Origin: Alphaproteobacteria bacterium
Lineage (GTDB): Bacteria; Pseudomonadota; Alphaproteobacteria; Bin95
DNA length: 64,000 bases
Direction: 5' to 3'
Assembly (NCBI GenBank): GCA_965205265.1
Contig: CBDBGH010000003.1
Location: forward strand, 2,624,001 to 2,688,000
In this document: positions 41,778 to 50,426 of the stretch, piece after piece
How the letters are laid out: every line of letters starts with the position of its first letter
Numbering within the stretch: the stretch's first letter is position 1
Notes under the pieces: model-generated
Databases searched by the model: none
What the model was told of the DNA's origin: nothing
Seen by the model: the letters and a program-made list of their open reading frames with translations, nothing else
Program-made: the position numbers and the translations under genes

Positions 41778-42356
41778 TCAGCGTTGGGGGTCGATGAGGA
41801 TCGCGTCCGTTACGGAGACCGCGCCGTCGCGCCCGATTTCGAGCAGAAGGACCTCGCCGGAGGCGGTGCCCCGGCCCGTGAGCGCCTGGATATTCACGTA
41901 ATGGGTGACCAGGACGACGGTCTCCCCGGGGGGCAGGCCGAGCAGGAATTTCCGGAGTGCTGCCGTCTGAGCGCCGGCCCGGCCTCGATCCCGGAAGAAA
42001 GAGTTGAGCGCAGGCAGTTCCTCGACCGGGCCGAGGCCGAGGAGCCGGGCCGTATCGCGGCAGCGGCACCATTGGCTGGCGAGGACCCGGTCGATGTTCA
42101 CGCCGGCAGCGCGGATCGCCGTCCCGATCTCCCGCGCCTGCGCCCTGCCCCGCGCATCGAGATTGCGCTGGGTGGCGCAGTCGTCGAGGTCGAACGATGC
42201 GGGATCGCTGAATCCCGGCGCGAGCGCGTGGCGCATGATGGCCACGATGCCGGGCCCGGACAGGCGGGCAAAGCGCGCGTCGCCGGCCGCCGGCATCGAA
42301 ACGGGAAGGAGGAAGGCCAGCAGGGCGAGGACCGGAAGCAGGCGCGTCGAAAGCAT
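41778..42356 (-). CDS. Histidine phosphatase superfamily protein with signal peptide
   Basis: MRHALAPG, QRNL...G, SQWCRC.DTA, LVTH. Confidence 0.85.
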   Translation of the reverse strand: MLSTRLLPVLALLAFLLPVSMPAAGDARFARLSGPGIVAIMRHALAPGFSDPASFDLDDCATQRNLDARGRAQAREIGTAIRAAGVNIDRVLASQWCRCRDTARLLGLGPVEELPALNSFFRDRGRAGAQTAALRKFLLGLPPGETVVLVTHYVNIQALTGRGTASGEVLLLEIGRDGAVSVTDAILIDPQR

Positions 42357-42361
42357 CGGAT

Positions 42362-42832
42362 TCAATCCCCCGCGAACGCGATCAGGCGCCCGCAGACAAG
42401 CGCGCCCGGCCAGCAGACCATCGAGAGGACGGCGTGGCCGGCCAGGCGGGCGCGCGGGGCATCCTTGAGCAGGAACCCGTGGGTCCGGCAGAGAGCGAGC
42501 GTGGACAGGACCCCGACGGCGATGAAGGCCAGTTTGAGCTGCAGGAATTCGACGCCGCTGTAGTCCCGCGCCCGGACCGAGAACAAGAGCGGCCCCGTAA
42601 GCAGGGCAAGGACGAGCCCCGTCGCCGCGACGGGCGCCAGCACCCGCACCGCGGCTTCGCGGGAGACGGCGCGCCACACGCCGAGAAGCCGCAGGTTGAG
42701 CGGGACGACGGCCCCGACCAGCAGGGCGACCCCGAAGATGTGCGCGGCGTTGACGCCGGCATAGCCCCAGCGCGAACGCCGCAGAAGCTGCGCGAGCGCC
42801 GTCGCCTCGAGCTCTGCGAACAGGGCCTCCAA
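42362..42832 (-). CDS. Four-TM membrane protein (DUF2214/DUF6644-like)
   Basis: AHIFG.ALLVG....LNLRLLG, TG.LLF, LKL, GRLIAF. Confidence 0.75.
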   Translation of the reverse strand: MEALFAELEATALAQLLRRSRWGYAGVNAAHIFGVALLVGAVVPLNLRLLGVWRAVSREAAVRVLAPVAATGLVLALLTGPLLFSVRARDYSGVEFLQLKLAFIAVGVLSTLALCRTHGFLLKDAPRARLAGHAVLSMVCWPGALVCGRLIAFAGD

Positions 42833-42836
42833 GGCC

Positions 42837-43208
42837 TTAGTCGCGACCGGGGTAAAGGACGTATTCGCGCTTGCCGAGGAACAGCCGCTCCACCTTCACC
42901 CGCCTGTCCGCCATATCGGCGGCCGGCTCGCCGATCACCCGGATTTCGACCCCTTCGGCCAGGTCGCCCTCCTTGAGGCCGGCGCGTTCGTTGCGCCAGG
43001 GCTGGCCGACCTCGGCCGTCCACTCCTCGCCCTCCACATCGACCTTTAGAATGCCGTGGGGATTGCCCAGGCGGACGGTCCTGACGATGCCGGTCAGGTC
43101 GATATTGCCGCCGGTCGTCCACGACCAGCCGTGATGGGCCAGAGCCCCGACCGCCGGAGCCGTGAGCCCCAGGGCCAGGATCGCGATGAACAGGAGCCTC
43201 GCCATCAT
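42837..43208 (-). CDS. Exported DUF6152-like protein
   Basis: Signal peptide ending ALA|HHGWS; LTG.V....GNPH; G...RVIG. Confidence 0.78.
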   Translation of the reverse strand: MMARLLFIAILALGLTAPAVGALAHHGWSWTTGGNIDLTGIVRTVRLGNPHGILKVDVEGEEWTAEVGQPWRNERAGLKEGDLAEGVEIRVIGEPAADMADRRVKVERLFLGKREYVLYPGRD

Positions 43209-43326
43209 GCTTCTCCGCTGTCTCAAGCACTATCGGGAAAGTTGCGCCGCACGACCGGACATTCAAGCCGGCACACCCCGAAGCCGTATTTTCGCGAGGA
43301 AAGACGCGGCTGAATCCGACGTCCTG

Positions 43327-44301
43327 TCATCCGGCGCCCGCTCGACGTTGTGCGATCCGCTCGCGCCAGAATACGTAGAGCCCCGACGCGACGATCAGGC
43401 CGCCGCCGGCGAGCGTCGCGGCGTCCGGCAGGTCGCGGAAGGCGAACCAGCCGATCAGCAGGGCCCAGAAAATGCGCGAATAGTTGAAGGGCGCGAGCAG
43501 CGATGCCTCGGTGACGGCGAAGGCGTTTATCATCAGGAAATGCGCGCCCGCGCCGATGGCGCCCGACAAGGCCATCCAGGCCCATGTCTCCCAGGCGGGC
43601 CACTGCCAGAAGAACGGCATGGCGAACGTGAGCAACAGCGCGCCGCCGGCCGAGGTGTAGAACAGCGTCGCCAGATGGTCGTCGCGCGCCGTGATGATGC
43701 GCGTGACAAGCTGGAAGCCCGCAAAGAAGACCGCGCCGATGAGCGGCAGCACCGCTGCCCAGTGGACGACGCCGAGGCCCGGGCGGATGACGACCACCAC
43801 GCCCGCCCAGCCGAGCAGCACCGCCGCCCAGCGATGCGGCCCGACCCGCTCTTTCAGCACCGGCCAGGACAACGCGGTCAGGAAGAGCGGCGCGGCGAAG
43901 CTGATGACCGTGGCGTCGGCGAGCTCCAGATATTGCAGGCTGACGAACAGCATGGAGAGCGAGCCCACCAGGCAGCCCGCCCGCAGCAACTGCAAGCCGG
44001 GATTGCGGGTGCGCAGCCAGCGCCGGGGTGGGATGCGGGCGATTATGAAGCCGGTCGCAAGCGTGACGGCGATGAAGGTGAAATAGCCCCAGGCGACTTG
44101 CACGCCGCTCAGGCTGGAGGCCACATGCTTGGCGATGGCATCGACGGCCGTGATGCCGACCATGGCGGCGAGCATGAGCGGGATGCCGAGTGAGGGGCGG
44201 TGGCGGGGCGGCAAGCGGGTTCCGTTCGGGCGAAGGGCGACCGCAGTGGAATAGCGGCAATTGCCCCGCCGGGCTATGATGGGCGTCGAATACAGGGGCA
44301 T
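43327..44301 (-). CDS. DMT (EamA) family transporter; the true start may be up to ~125 nt downstream
   Basis: About 10 TM helices; LKERVG..RW.AV..G..GV..VIRPG; ASLLAPFNY. Confidence 0.85.
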   Translation of the reverse strand: MPLYSTPIIARRGNCRYSTAVALRPNGTRLPPRHRPSLGIPLMLAAMVGITAVDAIAKHVASSLSGVQVAWGYFTFIAVTLATGFIIARIPPRRWLRTRNPGLQLLRAGCLVGSLSMLFVSLQYLELADATVISFAAPLFLTALSWPVLKERVGPHRWAAVLLGWAGVVVVIRPGLGVVHWAAVLPLIGAVFFAGFQLVTRIITARDDHLATLFYTSAGGALLLTFAMPFFWQWPAWETWAWMALSGAIGAGAHFLMINAFAVTEASLLAPFNYSRIFWALLIGWFAFRDLPDAATLAGGGLIVASGLYVFWRERIAQRRAGAG

Positions 44302-44319
44302 TTCGGGGAGGAAACCGCG

Positions 44320-45744
44320 ATGGACGGGCTACAGACGGCAGTATCCGAGGGAACGGCAGCTGCCAACCGGCCGATAGCGGCCATGCTGGCGGAGTTCGCC
44401 TGCGGGCTCGACGACCGCGCGGTTCCCGACCGGGTGATGGAACGCGCGCGCCTGCATATCCTCGACTGCATCGGCATCGCGCTCGCCTCGACCGGCTACG
44501 AGTTCGGCCGGCGCACGATAGAGGCCATGCGCGGCCTCGCCGGCGAGGGGCCGTCGCCCGTCATCGGCACGAATATCCGCCTGCCGATGCGCGATGCGGC
44601 GCTGGTCAACGGCACGCTCGTCCACGGCCTCGACTACGATGACACCCATTCCGACGGCGTGGTCCACGCCTCGGCTTCCGCGTTCGTCGCCGCATTGGCG
44701 CAGGGCTTCGCGTCCGGGGCGAGCGGACGGGACCTGCTGGCCGCCTATCTGGTCGGCGTCGAGGCGTCGTCGCGGATCGGACAGGCGGCCCAGGGCGGCT
44801 TCCACCTGCGCGGGCACCATCCGACGGGACTCGTGGGCGCGTTCGGCGCGGCGCTGACGGCCGCCCGGCTCGCCGGCCTCTCGGAGCGCGAGGCGGCGAT
44901 GGCGCAAGGCGTCGCGCTCTCCATGGCTGCCGGCAGCCTGGAGTTCCTCTCCGACGGCGCCTGGACCAAGCGCATCCATCCCGGCTGGGCGGCCGTGGCC
45001 GGCATCACCGCGGCCGCGCTCGCCGGCGGCGGCTTCCAGGGGCCGAGTGCGCCCTATGAGGGCCGCTACGGCCTCTACAACCTGCATCTGGGCGCGGACC
45101 ACGACGCGCGCCTCGACATGGCGACGGCCGCGCTCGGCGAGGTCTGGGAGCTGGAGAACGTGGCCTTCAAGCCCTACCCCGCCTGCCACTTCAACCACGC
45201 CTTCGCCGATGCCGCGCTGGCGCTCCGGCGCGAGCACGGGCTCCGGCCGGAAGACGTGGACAGTATCACCGGCTATCTCGCCGACGCGCAGGCCAATGTC
45301 GTCTGCCGCCCGGAGGCGACCAAGAAGCGCCCGCAGAACAGCTACGACGCCCAGTTCTCGATGCACTACACCATCGCCGCGGCGCTCAAGCACGGCCGCT
45401 TCACGCTCGACGAGATCGACCCGGACGCGATCTCCGACCCCGAGGTGCTGGCGCTGGCGGAGCGGGTGGAGTTCGCCATCGACCCGGACTCGGCTTTCCC
45501 GCGCTACTATTCCGGCGAGATCAGGGTCCGCACCCGCGACGGGCGCGAGCTCCGCCACCGCGAGCCGGTCAACCGCGGCTCCGACGCCAACCCGCTCTCG
45601 GCCGAGGATATCTGCGCCAAGTTCCGCGACAATGCCGCGCGCGCCGTCGCTCCCGAGCGCGTGGAGCGCATCTTCGAGGCCGTCATGACCCTCGACCGCG
45701 CCCCCGACCTCAAGGAGCTCGACGCCGCGCTTTGCGCGGGCTGA
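44320..45744 (+). CDS. MmgE/PrpD family protein
   Basis: HGLDYDDTH, GHHPTG, KRIHPGWA, KPYPACH, AQFS; RBS GGAGG. Confidence 0.92.
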   Translation: MDGLQTAVSEGTAAANRPIAAMLAEFACGLDDRAVPDRVMERARLHILDCIGIALASTGYEFGRRTIEAMRGLAGEGPSPVIGTNIRLPMRDAALVNGTLVHGLDYDDTHSDGVVHASASAFVAALAQGFASGASGRDLLAAYLVGVEASSRIGQAAQGGFHLRGHHPTGLVGAFGAALTAARLAGLSEREAAMAQGVALSMAAGSLEFLSDGAWTKRIHPGWAAVAGITAAALAGGGFQGPSAPYEGRYGLYNLHLGADHDARLDMATAALGEVWELENVAFKPYPACHFNHAFADAALALRREHGLRPEDVDSITGYLADAQANVVCRPEATKKRPQNSYDAQFSMHYTIAAALKHGRFTLDEIDPDAISDPEVLALAERVEFAIDPDSAFPRYYSGEIRVRTRDGRELRHREPVNRGSDANPLSAEDICAKFRDNAARAVAPERVERIFEAVMTLDRAPDLKELDAALCAG

Positions 45745-45780
45745 AGCGCGCCTGCGCCCTCGCGCCGAGCGGAGGACCGG

Positions 45781-48063
45781 ATGCCGTCCCTCTTCTCCTC
45801 CGTCGCCGCCGGGCTGGCCGTGGGCGCGGCGGCGCTCCTGCTTTCGGCTTGTGCGCTGCTCGCGCCCTTGCCGAAGCCGAAGGGCGTCGCCGAGCGCCTG
45901 AAGGCGTTCCCCACGCGCGGGCTGCCGCTAGAGGGACGCGCGACGGTCCGCTGGAACGAACGGCAGGTTCCCTTCATCGAGGCGGAGAGCGACGGCGATG
46001 CGGCGTTTGCGCTCGGCCTCGTGCATGCGCATCTGCGGCTCGGCCAGATGGCGATGGCGCGCATGCTGGCGCGGGGGCGGCTGTCCGAGATGATCGGCCC
46101 GTTCGGCGTCGATTTCGACCGCGGCCTGCGCACCCTCTCCTACGGCCGCGCCGCAGCGGAGATCGAGGGCGCCATGGACGAAGCCGCCCTCATCTGGGTC
46201 CGGCGCTTCGTGGACGGCATAAACCATTACCAGGACAACGCCGCCGAGCTGCCCCACGATTTCGCCATTCTGGGCCTCGAGCCCGAGCCCTGGACCGTCG
46301 CCGACGTCCTGGCCATCGGACGTCTAGGCGGCACCGACGTGAACTGGCTGGTCTGGGCCGATCTGCTGGCGCTCCGCACGCGGCCCGACTGGCCCGAACT
46401 CTGGACGCGCCTCGTGAAGGAGGGGAGCGCGTCGTTCGCCAGTTTCGGCGGGCCCGGCATGACCGCCGCGATGCGGGAATTGCTGGGCGGGCTTCCGAAA
46501 TCGGGCTCCAACAGCGTCGCCGTGGCGGCCAGCCGCAGCGCCACCGGCGGCGCGCTGATCGCCAACGACCCCCATCTCGGCATCTTCATTCCCAATGTCT
46601 GGCTGATCGCCGGCCTGCGCTCGCCCTCCTATCGCGCCGTCGGGCTGATGGCGCCGGGCCTGCCGATCTTCGCCATCGGCCGCAATCCGCACATCGCCTG
46701 GGGCGGCACCAACATGCGCGCGGCCTCCAGCGACCTCTACGATGTCGGGGACATATCCGAGGCCGACATCGCGGAGCGGCGCGAGCGGATCGGCGTGCGC
46801 TGGTGGTTCGACGCGGAGGCGACCGTCCGCGAGACCGCCTGGGGCCCGGTCGTGACCGACACGCCGCTGCTAGCGAAGTTCGACCTGCCGGCGCTTGCGC
46901 TGAAATGGACGGGGCATGCTGCGAGCGACGAGATCGGCGCCATGCTCAGGGTCAGCCGGGCAGAGAGCTTTCCGGCGTTCCGCGCCGCCTTCAATCGCTT
47001 CGCCGTGCCGGGGCAGAACATGCTCTATGCGGACAGGGAGGGGAATATCGGCCAGGTCATGGCGGTATGGCTGCCCACGCGCCAAGGCGCGCCCGACGAC
47101 ATTGTCCTCGACAGGGCCGCGCACGACGCCTCCTGGGGCGCGATGCGCACCGGGGCGGACCTGCCCTGGAGCTTCAACCCGGAGCCCGGCTTCCTGGTCT
47201 CGGCCAACAACCGCCCCTCGGAGACGGACATCCCCGTCGGGTTCTTCTTCTCGCCCGACGACCGCGTCAAGCGCATGACCCGGCTGATCGGGGGCGGGGC
47301 GGAGGTGGGCGTCGAGACCCTCAAGGCGCTGCAACGGGACGTGTACATGCCGTCCTCGGTCGAACTGCGCGACCTCTTCCTTTCCGGGCTGGACGGGCTG
47401 GGGCTGGCCGCGGCGGCGGACGCCAAAGCCGCGGCCGCGATCGCCCGGCTGCGCGAGTGGGACGGCGCATACCGGCGGGAGTCCCTGGGCGCGGTCGCGT
47501 TCGAGCAGTTCCGCCACGGCTTCGTGCGGCGCTTCTACGTCCTGCGCTACGGCGAAACCGACGGCGCGGCGTTCGCGAAGCTGCGCCGGGGCGCGGCGCT
47601 GCTGGCCGACGATATCGCGGACGCGGACGAGGCGACCCTGCGCGCGGCGCTCGCCGCCGGCCTCAGCGCCGCCGCGGACGGCCTCGACGCCTTCTCCGGC
47701 TGGGGAGACATGCACCGCCTCCGCCTCGCTCATCCGCTCTCCCGCGTGCCGCTCATCGGCGGCAGGTACCGTTTCGTCGAAGAGGGCGTCGCCGGAAGCT
47801 CGGAAACGGTGATGAAGACGGCGCATAACGCCACGGCCGAGCGCCATACCGTCACTTACGGGTCCAACGCACGCCACATTTCGGACCTGTCCGACCCGGA
47901 CGAGAATTACTTCGTCCTGCTCGGCGGGCAGGACGGCTGGTTCAACAGCACGACCATGCTCGACCAGTGGGAGCTGTGGCGCCGGGGCGAGTATATTCGC
48001 ATGCCGCTGACGCCATCCGCGGTGCGCGCGGAATTCCCGCATGTGCTGACCTTGGAGAACTGA
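45781..48063 (+). CDS. Penicillin acylase / AHL acylase family Ntn-hydrolase, lipoprotein-like leader
   Basis: LLLSAC lipobox; ALG.VHA..RL.QM, GRLSE; G|SNSVAV nucleophile; ANDPHL; QNMLYAD..GNIG; SANN. Confidence 0.88.
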   Translation: MPSLFSSVAAGLAVGAAALLLSACALLAPLPKPKGVAERLKAFPTRGLPLEGRATVRWNERQVPFIEAESDGDAAFALGLVHAHLRLGQMAMARMLARGRLSEMIGPFGVDFDRGLRTLSYGRAAAEIEGAMDEAALIWVRRFVDGINHYQDNAAELPHDFAILGLEPEPWTVADVLAIGRLGGTDVNWLVWADLLALRTRPDWPELWTRLVKEGSASFASFGGPGMTAAMRELLGGLPKSGSNSVAVAASRSATGGALIANDPHLGIFIPNVWLIAGLRSPSYRAVGLMAPGLPIFAIGRNPHIAWGGTNMRAASSDLYDVGDISEADIAERRERIGVRWWFDAEATVRETAWGPVVTDTPLLAKFDLPALALKWTGHAASDEIGAMLRVSRAESFPAFRAAFNRFAVPGQNMLYADREGNIGQVMAVWLPTRQGAPDDIVLDRAAHDASWGAMRTGADLPWSFNPEPGFLVSANNRPSETDIPVGFFFSPDDRVKRMTRLIGGGAEVGVETLKALQRDVYMPSSVELRDLFLSGLDGLGLAAAADAKAAAAIARLREWDGAYRRESLGAVAFEQFRHGFVRRFYVLRYGETDGAAFAKLRRGAALLADDIADADEATLRAALAAGLSAAADGLDAFSGWGDMHRLRLAHPLSRVPLIGGRYRFVEEGVAGSSETVMKTAHNATAERHTVTYGSNARHISDLSDPDENYFVLLGGQDGWFNSTTMLDQWELWRRGEYIRMPLTPSAVRAEFPHVLTLEN

Positions 48064-48078
48064 CGCCGGCAACCGACC

Positions 48079-49638
48079 ATGCACGACGCGACCTGGCTTC
48101 TCCGGCTCTATGCCCGCCACCGGCTTCGGCGTCTGGCGCATATGGACCCGAAGCAGGCGCAGCGCCGCGTCCTCACGTCCCTCATCCGGCGGGCGCGCGG
48201 CACGCAATTCGGTCGCGACCACGAATTCTCCCACTCCTGGTCCCTCGACGACTACCGTTCGCGCGTCCCGCTCAGGGACTACGACGCCTTCTGGGAAGCC
48301 TATTGGCGCAAGCCCTTCCCCCGCCTGACGGATTGCACCTGGCCGGGGCCGATCCCCTGGTTCGCGGTCTCGTCCGGCACGACCACCGGCACGACGAAAT
48401 ACATCCCCGTCAGCCGCGAGATGCGCCGGTCCAATGTGCGTGCGGGCGCGGAACTGATGGTCCACCATCTCGCCAACCGGCCGGAAAGCCGGCTGCTGGC
48501 GGGCCGCGTCTTCATGCTGGGCGGCTCGACCGGGCTGGTCCGCCAGGCGTCGGGTGTCTTCAGCGGAGACCTGAGCGGCATCGCGGCGGCGGAAATGCCA
48601 GGCTGGGCGCGGCTGCGCTACTTCCCGCCGCGCGAGCTGGAGACCATCGCCGACTGGGAGGAGAAGATCGACCGCTTCGCGGCGCGCTCCCTCGACGAAG
48701 AGATTTCGGCCGTGGCCGGCACGCCGAGCTGGCTGCTGATCTTCTTCGAGCGCCTGGCCGGGGTCGCCGGCAGCGGGCCCGGCCGCGTCGCCGACATCTG
48801 GCCCGGGCTCGAAATGCTGAGCCATGGCGGCGTCGCCTGGGCGCCCTACCGCGACCGCTTCGCCGCGCTGCTCGAAGGCAGCGGCGCCGAGACGCGCGAG
48901 GTCTATCCGGCGAGCGAGGGCTTCTTCGCCATCGCCGACCGCGGCGACGGCGACGGCCTCCGGCTGCAGCTCGATACCGGCATCTTCTACGAGTTCGTTC
49001 CTCTCGACGACCTCGACAGCCCGCAGCCGGACTGCCGCTGGGTCGGCGACGCGGAGCCCGGCGTCAACTACGCGCTCGCCGTCACCACCTGCGCCGGCCT
49101 CTGGCGCTACCTCGTCGGCGACACGGTGACCCTGGTCGAGCGCGACCCGCCGCGCGTCCTCGTCACCGGGCGGACGAGCTACATGCTGTCCGCCTTCGGC
49201 GAGCATGTGATCGGCGCCGAGGTCGAGCGCGCCGTGGCGGAAGCGGCAAGGGCCATCGGCGCGACGGTCACCGACTTCTCCGCCGGAAGCCTGTTCCCGG
49301 AGGAGGCCGGCCGGCGCGGCGGGCATCTCTACATCGTCGAGTTCGGCGCGGAACCGGGCGTGGGAGGCATCGACGCCAGGCGACAGGCGCGCTTCGCCGA
49401 GGTGCTGGACGCGGCGCTCTGCCGCCTCAACGACGACTACGACGCCCACCGCGCGGGCGGCTACGGCCTCGACGCCGCGCGCGTCTGCCTCATGCCTCCC
49501 GGCGGCTTCGCGGCATGGATGAAGAGCCGCGGCAAGCTCGGCGGCCAGAACAAGGTCCCCCGTATCCTCAACGACCGCGAGCTCTTCGCCGCATTGCAGT
49601 CCTTCGCCGATGCGTATGGAGAGGCGCCGCCAAATTGA
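48079..49638 (+). CDS. GH3 family acyl acid-amido synthetase homolog
   Basis: SSGTTTG..KYIP, YPASEG, GLWRYLVGD, GGQNKVPR. Confidence 0.88.
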   Translation: MHDATWLLRLYARHRLRRLAHMDPKQAQRRVLTSLIRRARGTQFGRDHEFSHSWSLDDYRSRVPLRDYDAFWEAYWRKPFPRLTDCTWPGPIPWFAVSSGTTTGTTKYIPVSREMRRSNVRAGAELMVHHLANRPESRLLAGRVFMLGGSTGLVRQASGVFSGDLSGIAAAEMPGWARLRYFPPRELETIADWEEKIDRFAARSLDEEISAVAGTPSWLLIFFERLAGVAGSGPGRVADIWPGLEMLSHGGVAWAPYRDRFAALLEGSGAETREVYPASEGFFAIADRGDGDGLRLQLDTGIFYEFVPLDDLDSPQPDCRWVGDAEPGVNYALAVTTCAGLWRYLVGDTVTLVERDPPRVLVTGRTSYMLSAFGEHVIGAEVERAVAEAARAIGATVTDFSAGSLFPEEAGRRGGHLYIVEFGAEPGVGGIDARRQARFAEVLDAALCRLNDDYDAHRAGGYGLDAARVCLMPPGGFAAWMKSRGKLGGQNKVPRILNDRELFAALQSFADAYGEAPPN

Positions 49639-49689
49639 CGCGCTCCCCGTCCGCCGCCAGAATAGCGGGGGCGGCGGGGAGAGCAGTCG

Positions 49690-50058
49690 ATGGAGACGGT
49701 GAGGGTCGGGTCGGTCGAAGAGTTCGCGCCGCTGCCCGCAAGGAAGGTGGTCGAGATCGGCGGCGAGGAGGTCGGCGTCTTCCGCCTCGAGGACGGCTTC
49801 TACGCCTGGCGCAACAACTGCCCGCACCAGGGCGGCCCTGTGTGCCAGGGCCGCATCTACAACCGGGTGCTGGAGACGCTGGACGCCGGGCGCCGCTCGC
49901 TCGGGCGGCGCTATGACGAGGAGCGGGTCAATATCGTCTGCCCTTGGCACGGGCTCGAATACGACATCCGCACCGGCCGCCATCCCGGCAATGATGGCAT
50001 GGCACTGGAGCCCGTCGCCGTGCAGGTGCAGAACGGAGAGGTCTATGTCTCCCTCTGA
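49690..50058 (+). CDS. Rieske [2Fe-2S] ferredoxin
   Basis: CPHQGG and CPWHG. Confidence 0.92.
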   Translation: METVRVGSVEEFAPLPARKVVEIGGEEVGVFRLEDGFYAWRNNCPHQGGPVCQGRIYNRVLETLDAGRRSLGRRYDEERVNIVCPWHGLEYDIRTGRHPGNDGMALEPVAVQVQNGEVYVSL

Positions 50059-50422
50059 CCTGAGGGGCCATAACGACGCCTATGCCGGCTTCGACGAGGA
50101 CGCGCGCCGCCTCTGGACGCGCGCCGCCGAGGCGGTGGAGCGCGGCGAGGCGGACCGCATTCCCGACAGTGCGGTCGCCGACCTGATGACCGCCGCCGTC
50201 AAGCTCTACGCCGCCAAGGCGGACGGCGAGAACCGCACCTTCCGCCCGCTGCACGGCCGCTATGACGAGGTGGTGACGCCGACCGAGGCGCTCACCGCCG
50301 TCACCGAATTGCTGCGGGCGCTCCGCCTCGGGCCGATGGAATTCGGCCTCTGGTCGCGCCGCCGCCCGGAGGACTATCATTTGAGCGAGGCCGCGCCGGC
50401 GGCCGCCGACAAGGAGGCCTGA
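50045..50422 (+). CDS. Hypothetical helical protein between the Rieske and amidohydrolase genes
   Basis: 125 aa; RBS GGAGAGG; overlaps the Rieske stop; LMTAAVKLYAAK...TPTEA....ELLRA..L..MEFGLW; host-like codon usage. Confidence 0.75.
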   Translation: MSPSDLRGHNDAYAGFDEDARRLWTRAAEAVERGEADRIPDSAVADLMTAAVKLYAAKADGENRTFRPLHGRYDEVVTPTEALTAVTELLRALRLGPMEFGLWSRRRPEDYHLSEAAPAAADKEA

Positions 50423-50426
50423 ACCC

